Positions 55,791 to 63,050 of a DNA stretch of 64,000 bases are shown here, piece by piece. Origin of the DNA: an uncultured Eubacteriales bacterium (GTDB lineage Bacteria > Bacillota > Clostridia > Oscillospirales > UBA644); assembly GCA_934454405.1 (NCBI GenBank), contig CAKSFN010000006.1, forward strand, positions 10,503 through 74,502, written 5' to 3'. A program made the position numbers and the translations under genes. Numbering within the stretch: the first letter of the stretch is position 1; each line of letters opens with the position of its first letter. The notes beneath the pieces are model-generated. The model saw only the letters and a list, made by a program, of their open reading frames with translations, ran no database searches and was not told the origin of the DNA.

Positions 55791-58070
55791 ATGAGCAAAC
55801 ACTTTACACAGGCGGTCGCCGTTATCCTTGCGGCGGTTATGCTTCTCGGCGTGATGGGCGGATGCTCTTCGCAGACAACGGATAACTCTGTTTCAGGCAT
55901 TTTCAGCGACGTGATTTCCGTTGCCGACGACGCGAAGGGAATAGATACGACCGTTTCCCTGAAAAATATGAAATTCGCGGACACCGTTTCCGCGGAACAG
56001 GTAAAACTCGGCGGCGCATTTGCGGAAATGACGCTCCGAACCGTTGAACGCAAGAGCGATACCGAGGTCAAAGTAGTTGCCGACGGCGCGCTTGTCTCAA
56101 ACGAAAAATCAGGTTCTGTCTCATTCTCGGCAGATGCCGTGATTGAAGAAAAAGCCCCCGAACAGGAAAATCTGACCGACGAAGAAAAAGCTGCAAAAGC
56201 GGAACTTGAAGCCGCCGAAAAGGACGCGTTTCCGTATTCCGTCACGATAACCGTGGCGCGTCCGAAAGCGGAAGTCATAATCGAAAACACGGATAATAAG
56301 AACGCCGCGGTCACCGTAAAACTCACGGACGAAACGTTCAAAAACAACATCACCCCCGAATCTTTCACCGTAACGGTAGGAGAAAAAACGCTCTCCGTCG
56401 CATCCGCCGAAAGAAAAGACGACGCAAGCTGTCTTTTAACATTTGCCGAAAACGCAAACGACGCGTTTGCCGCGCTTGGAGACGGAACTCTTCTCATCGC
56501 CGCAGATGCACTTGTCGGCGGCAAAGAGTTGAACGGCTCATTCACCGTTTATGACGCGGTGCTTTCCGCGAAAGTGGACTTTGTCGAAGAACAGGACGAC
56601 GGGTTTGTTGTAACGACCGTTATCCGCGTAGCGAACGGAACGTTTGCGGATATCGACGCCTCCTCGGTAACAGTCAGCGGAGATCTCGGTGAAACGCTTT
56701 CTTTCGAAAAAACTTCCGCAAACGAACTGACGCTGAAAAATACCGTGAAAAAAGACGGCGCGACGCTTGAAAACATCGAGATAGAAGCGACTGTTTCGAT
56801 AAAGGGCGTATATGCGAAAACGCTCTGGGGCGCAGAAAAATCAGATGCCGAAATCAGCCTTGACTATCACGCGACGGAGGAAAAAAAGGAACTTCTCGCC
56901 GTTGAAACAAGCCTTGTTTTCGACCTTATAAAAACCGGAATTGAGGCGCTTGCGACCGAGGCGGGTTCTGTCGGCGCAAAGCGTATATTCTCGTTTATCG
57001 ACGAAGACTCGTTCGAGGACGAGACCGCAAAAGAGTTGAGCAAACTGAACGAGTATCTCAGGTCCATGGACGCAAAGTGGACGGCTGCTCTCAGCGAACT
57101 GAATCTCCAACTCTCCATAATGTCCGACAAACTCGGCAAAAACGATTGCAGCCGCGCGCTTGACGATTTTGACACTCTGGCAGACAGAATTCGTTCTCTT
57201 GTTCTGCACCTCGAAAACAAGAAAAAGGCTGTTGACAGCGCGAAAAAAGGCACGCCCGAATACGAAAAGGCGGCGGCTGAATATGTCAAAGCGGTTGAAA
57301 AGGAAAGCAGTAAAATATATACGGAAGCGCATCTTCTCGGCAGCAAGATACTTTCGGGCTCGGCGGGACTCACTTCCGGTATTATCGGAACTTATGACGA
57401 AATGCTTTCTTACATATACAATTTCGACGTTCAGACATACGATTTGAAAGAGAGTTTCCGCGTATTCGTTCTTTCGCTTTATCTTGAAGCGTATGACGAA
57501 GCGGTTCTCTATTACGAACTGACCGACCCCGAAAACCAACTGCTCCGCGACCTGAAAAGCCAGATAACCAAACTTAATGCCGCCATGAAGAACATAGAAG
57601 TGGTTCGCCGCGCGGATAAGGACGATTACGTTTACTGCTACGCTCTCGGCAAAGAAATGAAACGCTTTGTCGATGCGAGGTACTCTGACGACAAGGATTA
57701 CACGCTTGACGAGGCAAAAGTGCTCAATATGGCAAAACGCGCCGAAAGCCGCGGAACAACGCTTCGCGCCGACCTTGAAAAAAGCGGATTTTACTCCGTC
57801 AGCAGACGCAAAAACAGAGACGGTATTGGATACGACAAACTTTGCTTCAAAATAGAAAATCACAAGGAATTCTCCAAAAAGACGAGAGAATGGTGGACTT
57901 TGACGTCAAGAATAAACATCGACACGCACGAGGTTGAGAAAAACGTCAAAACATATTATCAAAAAGATGAACGCAGCGGCTTCAACGCCTTCTTCGGCAT
58001 CGACCAGTGGGATCAGACCGAGTGCTGGGGCCCATACAAGGTTGCAGGCTTTGCTATACTCGGCAAATAA
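55791..58070 (+). CDS. Large lipoprotein of unknown function (beta-rich N-terminal repeats + ~400-aa helical C-terminal domain)
   Basis: Lipobox LLGVMGGCSS. Start at MSKHFTQ; the 73 upstream codons of the track ORF were rejected. No motif I recognise. Confidence 0.7.
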   Translation: MSKHFTQAVAVILAAVMLLGVMGGCSSQTTDNSVSGIFSDVISVADDAKGIDTTVSLKNMKFADTVSAEQVKLGGAFAEMTLRTVERKSDTEVKVVADGALVSNEKSGSVSFSADAVIEEKAPEQENLTDEEKAAKAELEAAEKDAFPYSVTITVARPKAEVIIENTDNKNAAVTVKLTDETFKNNITPESFTVTVGEKTLSVASAERKDDASCLLTFAENANDAFAALGDGTLLIAADALVGGKELNGSFTVYDAVLSAKVDFVEEQDDGFVVTTVIRVANGTFADIDASSVTVSGDLGETLSFEKTSANELTLKNTVKKDGATLENIEIEATVSIKGVYAKTLWGAEKSDAEISLDYHATEEKKELLAVETSLVFDLIKTGIEALATEAGSVGAKRIFSFIDEDSFEDETAKELSKLNEYLRSMDAKWTAALSELNLQLSIMSDKLGKNDCSRALDDFDTLADRIRSLVLHLENKKKAVDSAKKGTPEYEKAAAEYVKAVEKESSKIYTEAHLLGSKILSGSAGLTSGIIGTYDEMLSYIYNFDVQTYDLKESFRVFVLSLYLEAYDEAVLYYELTDPENQLLRDLKSQITKLNAAMKNIEVVRRADKDDYVYCYALGKEMKRFVDARYSDDKDYTLDEAKVLNMAKRAESRGTTLRADLEKSGFYSVSRRKNRDGIGYDKLCFKIENHKEFSKKTREWWTLTSRINIDTHEVEKNVKTYYQKDERSGFNAFFGIDQWDQTECWGPYKVAGFAILGK

Positions 58071-59894
58071 ATGACTGAAAAAATCAAAAAACTTTTCGCG
58101 CTTGTTCTTGCGCTTGTGTTGTTCGGCGGAACGGTCGCCTGCAAAGGCGGCGAACAAAGCGGCACGGACGGCGCGAAGACCGATGCGGAAATCTCGGATT
58201 TCACGCTGCTTGTCTATATCTGCGGCAGCGACCTCGAACAAAAACGCGGCGCGGCAACGGCAAATATTGCCGAAATGCTGTCGGCGGATATTCCCGACGG
58301 GGTGAACGTAATTCTCCAGACAGGCGGCTCTTCAAAATGGAGAAATTTCGATATCCCGTCCGACAGGTCGAACCGCTACGCCGTCAAAAACGGGACGCTT
58401 GAACTTATAGAGTCGAATCCGCCCGTCAATATGGGCAGCGAGCGCGCCTTTTCGGATTTTTTGAAATTCGGACTTGAAAAATATCCTGCGGAACAGACCG
58501 CCGTGATTTTCTGGAATCACGGCGGCGGTTCCGCTGTCGGCGTCTGCTCGGACGCGCTGAACGGCAACGATTTTCTCACTCTTTCGGAAATCTCGTCCGC
58601 GCTTGAAAGCGTCGGACTGCAAAAGAAACTCGCATTCGTCGGCTTCGACGCGTGCCTTATGGCAAATTACGAAACCGCGCGTATTCTTGCGCCTTACGCC
58701 GAAAAAATGATAGCGTCCGAAGAACTCGAACCCTCAGGCGGCTGGGATTGGAAGAAAACGCTTGAAAATCTTTCCGACCCGACGGAGATTGCGAAAGGCT
58801 ACGCCGAAAAGAACGCCGATACGGATTATTACACCGTGTCCGTAATTGACCTCGAAAAATTCGATATCGTCGAAGACCTGTTTGCGCGTATTGTCGAAAA
58901 GATAGGACGCGGAGAGAAAAACCTGATCGCCCGCGCCGCATATTACGCGCAGGGCTTCGGTTCTTCGTCCGGCAAAGGCGATGCGGGAGACCTTTACGAC
59001 CTCTGCGGCGTTGCGGACTATCTCGACCTTGAATACGACCTTTCGGACTGCGTGACCTGCTTCAACGGCGCCGCTCGGGCGGACGCGGGCGGATTGAGTT
59101 TTTATTTCCCCGTCGGCAGCCAAAAGTATATGGAGGCGTATACGAACGGCATCGCAACTCCCGCTTACGGCGATTTTCTGAAAAAATATTTTTCCTCGGG
59201 CAACGCGGCGCGAATCACGTTTGAAAACCTCGGCGAGGTCAGAAACGGAAAACTGTGGTTCGCCGTCACTCCCGAATCCGAAAGCATTGTCTGCTCCGTT
59301 CGGTACGCGCTTTACCGCATCGACCTTCAAAGCATTTTGCAGGGCAAGGATAAAATGCGGGGCGTGGGGGTCGACACCGACGTGACCGGAAACGGGCACG
59401 AATACGCCGTCAATTTCGTCGGAAACTGGGTGTTTCTGAACGGCTGTCAGTTAAACAGTGACGTTGTTGACGAAACGGAAAGCCATACTTTTTATTCTTC
59501 CGTTATCAGGATAAACGGCGCGCTTTCGTATCTGCTGTTTACCTTTGACAAAAATTCCCGTGAAATAAGCCTTTCAGGCTATGTAAACGCCGATTCCGGG
59601 ATCGACCGCATTGAACCTCTCAAAGACGGCGACGTGATAACGGTGATGTACGATGTTTTTTCGGACGATTGGCAAAGCGACTCCTTCATCGAGGGCGAAA
59701 CATTTGAATATTCGTCCGCCGAAATGCAGCTCTCGATAGGTAGACTTGACAACGCCGTCTACATCTTTCAGGCGCTCGTGACCGATATCTACGGCAAAAC
59801 ATATCCCACAAACTTCGCGCTTGCCGTTATGACCGACGGCAATCTCGAAATAACCGACATCATCGAAAACGACGCAAATCCTGACGATGAATAA
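58071..59894 (+). CDS. Clostripain-family (C11) cysteine peptidase lipoprotein
   Basis: Lipobox (FGGTVAC). FTLLVYICGSDLE, catalytic-type WNHGGG and FDACLMA. Its ATG follows the preceding stop codon directly. Confidence 0.8.
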   Translation: MTEKIKKLFALVLALVLFGGTVACKGGEQSGTDGAKTDAEISDFTLLVYICGSDLEQKRGAATANIAEMLSADIPDGVNVILQTGGSSKWRNFDIPSDRSNRYAVKNGTLELIESNPPVNMGSERAFSDFLKFGLEKYPAEQTAVIFWNHGGGSAVGVCSDALNGNDFLTLSEISSALESVGLQKKLAFVGFDACLMANYETARILAPYAEKMIASEELEPSGGWDWKKTLENLSDPTEIAKGYAEKNADTDYYTVSVIDLEKFDIVEDLFARIVEKIGRGEKNLIARAAYYAQGFGSSSGKGDAGDLYDLCGVADYLDLEYDLSDCVTCFNGAARADAGGLSFYFPVGSQKYMEAYTNGIATPAYGDFLKKYFSSGNAARITFENLGEVRNGKLWFAVTPESESIVCSVRYALYRIDLQSILQGKDKMRGVGVDTDVTGNGHEYAVNFVGNWVFLNGCQLNSDVVDETESHTFYSSVIRINGALSYLLFTFDKNSREISLSGYVNADSGIDRIEPLKDGDVITVMYDVFSDDWQSDSFIEGETFEYSSAEMQLSIGRLDNAVYIFQALVTDIYGKTYPTNFALAVMTDGNLEITDIIENDANPDDE

Positions 59895-59925
59895 AAGAAT
59901 GTTTGTATTTTTTTCGCGTAAACTA

Positions 59926-59954
59926 TTGACATTATAACGGTTTACCGTTATAAT
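59926..59954 (+). promoter_or_regulatory. Consensus promoter whose spacer and -10 box carry a perfect palindromic operator
   Basis: TTGACA-17 nt-TATAAT. TTATAACGGT-TT-ACCGTTATAA (59932-59953) fills the spacer and overlaps the -10 box. Confidence 0.75.
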
Positions 59955-59975
59955 GGTCGTAGGGGGAATGAAAAA

Positions 59976-60545
59976 ATGCTCATATCTTATATGTTGCAAG
60001 AAAAAAACATAACGAAATACCGTTTGTCAAAAATCAGCGGTGTTCCTTATTCGACGGTCTGTGATATTTGTTCCGGCAAGGCGCAAATTGAAAAATGCTC
60101 CGCCGAAACGGTTCTGCGGCTGTCCGATGCCCTCGGGATTTCGATGGAGCAGCTTGTTCGTCCCTGTATCGATCGTCCCGAAAGTTTCGACCTTTTCAGG
60201 AGCAATGTGTGTCATAGACTTAAACTTCTCGGGGACACGGCTTTTATTGCGGAGCTGCTTGAAAACAATGAAATCCGGAAGTATTATAAAGACGGGAGGT
60301 ATGCCGAAAGCCTTTATCTTCTTGCGATGCTTGATTGGCTTTGTCGGGTATGCGGGCTTCCCGTTTGTTCCGAATATGACAGTCTCCGCCGTTGCAAACT
60401 GAAAACAAAAATTTACCCGTCAAGCGTTTTGGCTGCCGCGAAAATATTGAAAAGCGATGCTCCCAAACATTCTGCCGAAAAAAACGCCATACCTGAATTT
60501 CTCAGATTTAATATAGTCGAGAGCGAGGTTCGGGATATTGTATAA
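59976..60545 (+). CDS. XRE-type HTH protein with extra C-terminal domain (putative antitoxin/regulator)
   Basis: N-terminal HTH (ITKYRLSKISGVPYSTVCDI.SGK). Overlaps the downstream gene by 8 nt. Confidence 0.75.
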   Translation: MLISYMLQEKNITKYRLSKISGVPYSTVCDICSGKAQIEKCSAETVLRLSDALGISMEQLVRPCIDRPESFDLFRSNVCHRLKLLGDTAFIAELLENNEIRKYYKDGRYAESLYLLAMLDWLCRVCGLPVCSEYDSLRRCKLKTKIYPSSVLAAAKILKSDAPKHSAEKNAIPEFLRFNIVESEVRDIV

Positions 60546-61260
60546 GCAGAATAATGTATTCACCAAAAAAGATCTTGATCTGTACCTGAAAGAACTTGCA
60601 AAAGAGTTCAGAAAACTTAACGGCGTTGCAATGCCCGCCGAGCTCGTTCTGGTCGGAGGCGCCGCCGTTTTGGCAAATTACGGTTTCCGTGATATGACTG
60701 CCGATATCGACGCCGTTATTCGCGCTTCATCTGCCATGAAGGACGCAATTTCCCGTATTTCCGACCGTTTCGACCTTCCGAGCGGTTGGTTGAACTCCGA
60801 TTTCACAAAAACATCATCGTACTCTCCGCGGCTTGAAGAGGTTTCCGTATATTACAGGACTTTTTCAAATATATTGACAGTTCGCACCGTCAGCGCCGAG
60901 TATCTTGTTGCGATGAAACTGCGTTCCGGCAGAAAGTACAAAAATGATATTTCCGATGTTGTCGGAATACTTGCCGAACACAAAAAAGCCGGCAATCCGC
61001 TGACTTTTGAAAAGATAGACAACGCCGTCGAAACTCTTTACGGAGGGTGGACGGGTTTTCCCTCCGATTCGAAATCTTTTTTGGAACAGGCTCTCAAAAC
61101 TCCTCATATCGAAAAGGTTTTTGACTCTGTCAGAAAAGAGGAACTTTCCGCAAAATCCGAATTGGTCGTCTTTGAAAAAGAAAACCCCGGGGTTGCGGAC
61201 GAAAAAAACATCAATGAAATTCTGGAAATGCTGAAACGAAAGAAAAAAACTGATTTATGA
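60538..61260 (+). CDS. Nucleotidyltransferase-fold protein (AbiEii/DUF6036-like)
   Basis: LVGGAAVLANYGFRDMTADIDAV fits the hG[GS]..D.D NTase signature. TTG start; there is no in-frame ATG nearby. Confidence 0.65.
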   Translation: MYKQNNVFTKKDLDLYLKELAKEFRKLNGVAMPAELVLVGGAAVLANYGFRDMTADIDAVIRASSAMKDAISRISDRFDLPSGWLNSDFTKTSSYSPRLEEVSVYYRTFSNILTVRTVSAEYLVAMKLRSGRKYKNDISDVVGILAEHKKAGNPLTFEKIDNAVETLYGGWTGFPSDSKSFLEQALKTPHIEKVFDSVRKEELSAKSELVVFEKENPGVADEKNINEILEMLKRKKKTDL

Positions 61261-61336
61261 TTTGCGATCGGGCTGAGAATACTTCGCCCGATCGGCGGCT
61301 TTGCCCGAAAAGATAAAAAAAGTTCACACACCCCTA

Positions 61337-61365
61337 TTGACAAAACCGCCGATATGTTGTATAAT
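61337..61365 (+). promoter_or_regulatory. Consensus promoter of the tRNA operon
   Basis: TTGACA-17 nt-TATAAT, about 70 nt before tRNA-Gly. Confidence 0.75.
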
Positions 61366-61434
61366 TATTAAGCCTTGATTGAGAGCAGCGCTCTTTTTCA
61401 AAAAAAACGGAGCGGCGTTCCGTCAACATAATTT

Positions 61435-61508
61435 GCGGGTGTAGTTCAATGGTAGAACCCTAGCCTTCCAAGCTAGTCGCGTGGGTTCGATTCCCATCAC
61501 CCGCTCCA
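61435..61508 (+). tRNA. tRNA-Gly (anticodon TCC)
   Basis: Hand-folded cloverleaf. Acceptor GCGGGTG/CACCCGC, anticodon stem CTAGC/GCTAG with loop CTTCCAA, encoded CCA. Confidence 0.9.
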
Positions 61509-61515
61509 TTTATGT

Positions 61516-61592
61516 GTGCTTGTAGCTCAGCCGGATAGAGCATCTGCCTTCTAAGCAGAGGGTCGGGGGTTCGAGTCCCTTCAAGCACGCCA
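61516..61592 (+). tRNA. tRNA-Arg (anticodon TCT)
   Basis: Acceptor GTGCTTG/CAAGCAC, anticodon stem TCTGC/GCAGA with loop CTTCTAA, GGTTCGAGTCC T-loop, encoded CCA. Confidence 0.9.
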
Positions 61593-61595
61593 TAC

Positions 61596-61673
61596 GGTGG
61601 GTATAGCTTAGTTGGTTAAAGCGCCAGTTTGTGGCACTGGAGATCGAAGGTTCGAATCCCTTTACCCACCCCA
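61596..61673 (+). tRNA. tRNA-His (anticodon GTG) with encoded G-1
   Basis: Extra 5' G, acceptor GTGGGTA/TACCCAC, anticodon stem CCAGT/ACTGG with loop TTGTGGC, encoded CCA. Confidence 0.88.
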
Positions 61674-61679
61674 AAAGAC

Positions 61680-61709
61680 AAAAACAGTCCTCGAAAGAGG
61701 GCTGTTTTT
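61680..61709 (+). terminator. Rho-independent terminator after tRNA-His
   Basis: AAAAACAGTCCTC-GAAA-GAGGGCTGTTTTT. Duplicated at 62153-62182. Confidence 0.75.
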
Positions 61710-61720
61710 GCTTTTGGGAC

Positions 61721-61881
61721 GGGTAAAGGAATTAACGAACCTGTTTCGCGCAGCGAAACAAGGTTCGTCGCAGCAGCGATTTTTGCAAAGCAAAAATCGA
61801 CTGTGAAGTCGCGAGTGAGCAAAAAACTTCGGGCACCGCATCAGCGGTCGAAGTTTTGTGAAACGCAGCGTACCCCTTTAC
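61721..61881 (+). repeat. 161-nt cloverleaf-like structured element, family 2, copy 1
   Basis: Closing stem GGGTAAAGG/CCCCTTTAC around three hairpins: ACGAACCTGTTTCGC.., CGATTTTTGC-AAA-GCAAAAATCG and AAAACTTCG..CGAAGTTTT. Confidence 0.8.
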
Positions 61882-61946
61882 TCGGCGTAAAGTTTTGATA
61901 AGACAAAAATAAATGAAATGTTGCGGTTGTTTTTTATTTTCGGGGT

Positions 61947-62107
61947 GGGTAAAGGAATTAACGAACCTGTTTCGCGCAGCGAAACAAGGTTCGTCGCAAC
62001 AGCGATTTTTGCAAAGCAAAAATCGACTGTGAAGTCGGGAGTGAACAAAAAACTTCGGGCACCGCATCAGCGGTCGAAGTTTTGTGAAACGCAGCGTACC
62101 CCTTTAC
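61947..62107 (+). repeat. Family 2 element, copy 2
   Basis: Differs from copy 1 at 3 positions by eye. Its 5' flank GGGGTGGGTAAAGGA is the complement of the tRNA-His 3' end. Confidence 0.8.
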
Positions 62108-62152
62108 ATTGCATGAAGTTATAACAAGGCAAAAAAGGGAAAATTGACGAAA

Positions 62153-62182
62153 AAAAACAGTCCTCGAAAGAGGGCTGTTTTT
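62153..62182 (+). terminator. Duplicate of the tRNA-operon terminator
   Basis: Identical hairpin and downstream GCTTTTGGGACGGGTAAAGG as at 61680-61729. Confidence 0.7.
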
Positions 62183-62193
62183 GCTTTTGGGAC

Positions 62194-62628
62194 GGGTAAA
62201 GGGATTTGGCTGAAAATGACCGAACTCTCATCGGTTTTGACGGGCTGATTTTCGCCCTGACTTTCGCAAAAGCCTTGTAAATACGTCAAGTATTCACTAC
62301 GGCTTTTTTGTCGTTATGACAAAAATCCGCACCGTGAAAACTGCCGGCACCCGCCACAGAGAAATTTTCGAGGAATTTTTTCTTTTTGAGACGCAGGCGG
62401 GCTGACGCCCGCCAAGACGAAAAGAGAGAAAATAACCGAAAATAGCCTGTGTCGGGCGATAAGAGTTCGGTCATTTTCAGCCGTTAACCTGTTTCGCGCA
62501 GCGAAACAAGGTTCGTCGAAACGGCGGAAAAAGGAACTTTTTCCGACCGTGAAGTCGCGAGTGAGCAAAAACTTCGGGCACCGCATCAGCGGTCGAAGTT
62601 TTGTGAAACGCAGCGTACCCCTTTACCC
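62194..62628 (+). repeat. Family 2 element, copy 3 (swapped middle hairpin, carries a 275-bp nested insert)
   Basis: Same closing stem (GGGTAAAGGG/CCCCTTTACCC) and outer hairpins. The middle hairpin is replaced by CGGAAAAAG-GAA-CTTTTTCCG. Confidence 0.8.
62208..62482. repeat. Nested 275-bp insert with perfect 21-bp terminal inverted repeat
   Basis: GGCTGAAAATGACCGAACTCT (62208-62228) and AGAGTTCGGTCATTTTCAGCC (62462-62482). Its internal blocks match the insert at 25090-25362. Confidence 0.8.
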
Positions 62629-62833
62629 TGCGTAAAGTTTTGATAAGACAAAAATAACGGCAGGATTTCCTGCTCGTGGAAGCGCGACGGCGGCAAGGTC
62701 ACCTTTGAAATAAGCGTTCCTCCCAACACTTCCGCGCGTTTTTGCGCCTGCGGTGTTGACAGGGAGCTCTCTGTCGGCGCGAATGTGATTGAGGCTGAAA
62801 TAAACTGAAACGAACGCGCAATTTAGCTGTTAT

Positions 62834-62880
62834 AGGGAACTTTTTATCTGCTTTCGGGCGAAAAAGTTCCCTGTTTTTTT
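62834..62880 (+). terminator. Hairpin + T-run built from the AGGGAACTTT motif
   Basis: AGGGAACTTTTT-N15-AAAAAGTTCCCT followed by GTTTTTTT. Confidence 0.55.
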
Positions 62881-62989
62881 GTGCTCTCTGTCGTTTATAT
62901 CCGACAGGCTGATTTCGGGTTTCCTTCATATTTTTCGGTATTTCAAACGTTGAAAATTTTGACATTTCCGTGTGCAGAGGGAATATCTA

Positions 62990-63040
62990 TTGCAAAATAG
63001 GGAACTTTATGATATAATAATCTTGAAAAAAGTTCCCTAT
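62990..63040 (+). promoter_or_regulatory. Promoter of the Fic gene embraced by a 12-bp inverted repeat
   Basis: TTGCAA-17 nt-TATAAT (TGn). ATAGGGAACTTT (62997) and AAAGTTCCCTAT (63029) flank the -10 box. Confidence 0.65.
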
Positions 63041-63050
63041 GGAGGCTTAT

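Noticed and set aside
61612-62124. ORFs overlapping the family-2 elements (61612-61806, 61629-61898, 61918-62124; ...GKGINEPVSRSETRFVAAAIFAKQKSTVKS...)
   Set aside because: They are highly basic, lack an RBS and begin inside or right after tRNA-His. In copy 3 the frame is destroyed by the swapped hairpin and the nested insert, while the RNA-like fold is kept.
62699-62965. 88-aa minus-strand ORF between the family-2 elements and the Fic gene
   Set aside because: The product is extremely basic and low-complexity, has no RBS, and spans the AGGGAACTTT hairpin terminator.
62823-63040. Invertible promoter (inverton) bounded by ATAGGGAACTTTTT (62832) and its inverse (63027)
   Set aside because: The four motif copies form two local hairpins, a terminator-like one and one clamped on the -10 box, which explains them more simply. 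No invertase gene is nearby. Only read-level evidence of both orientations could revive this idea.
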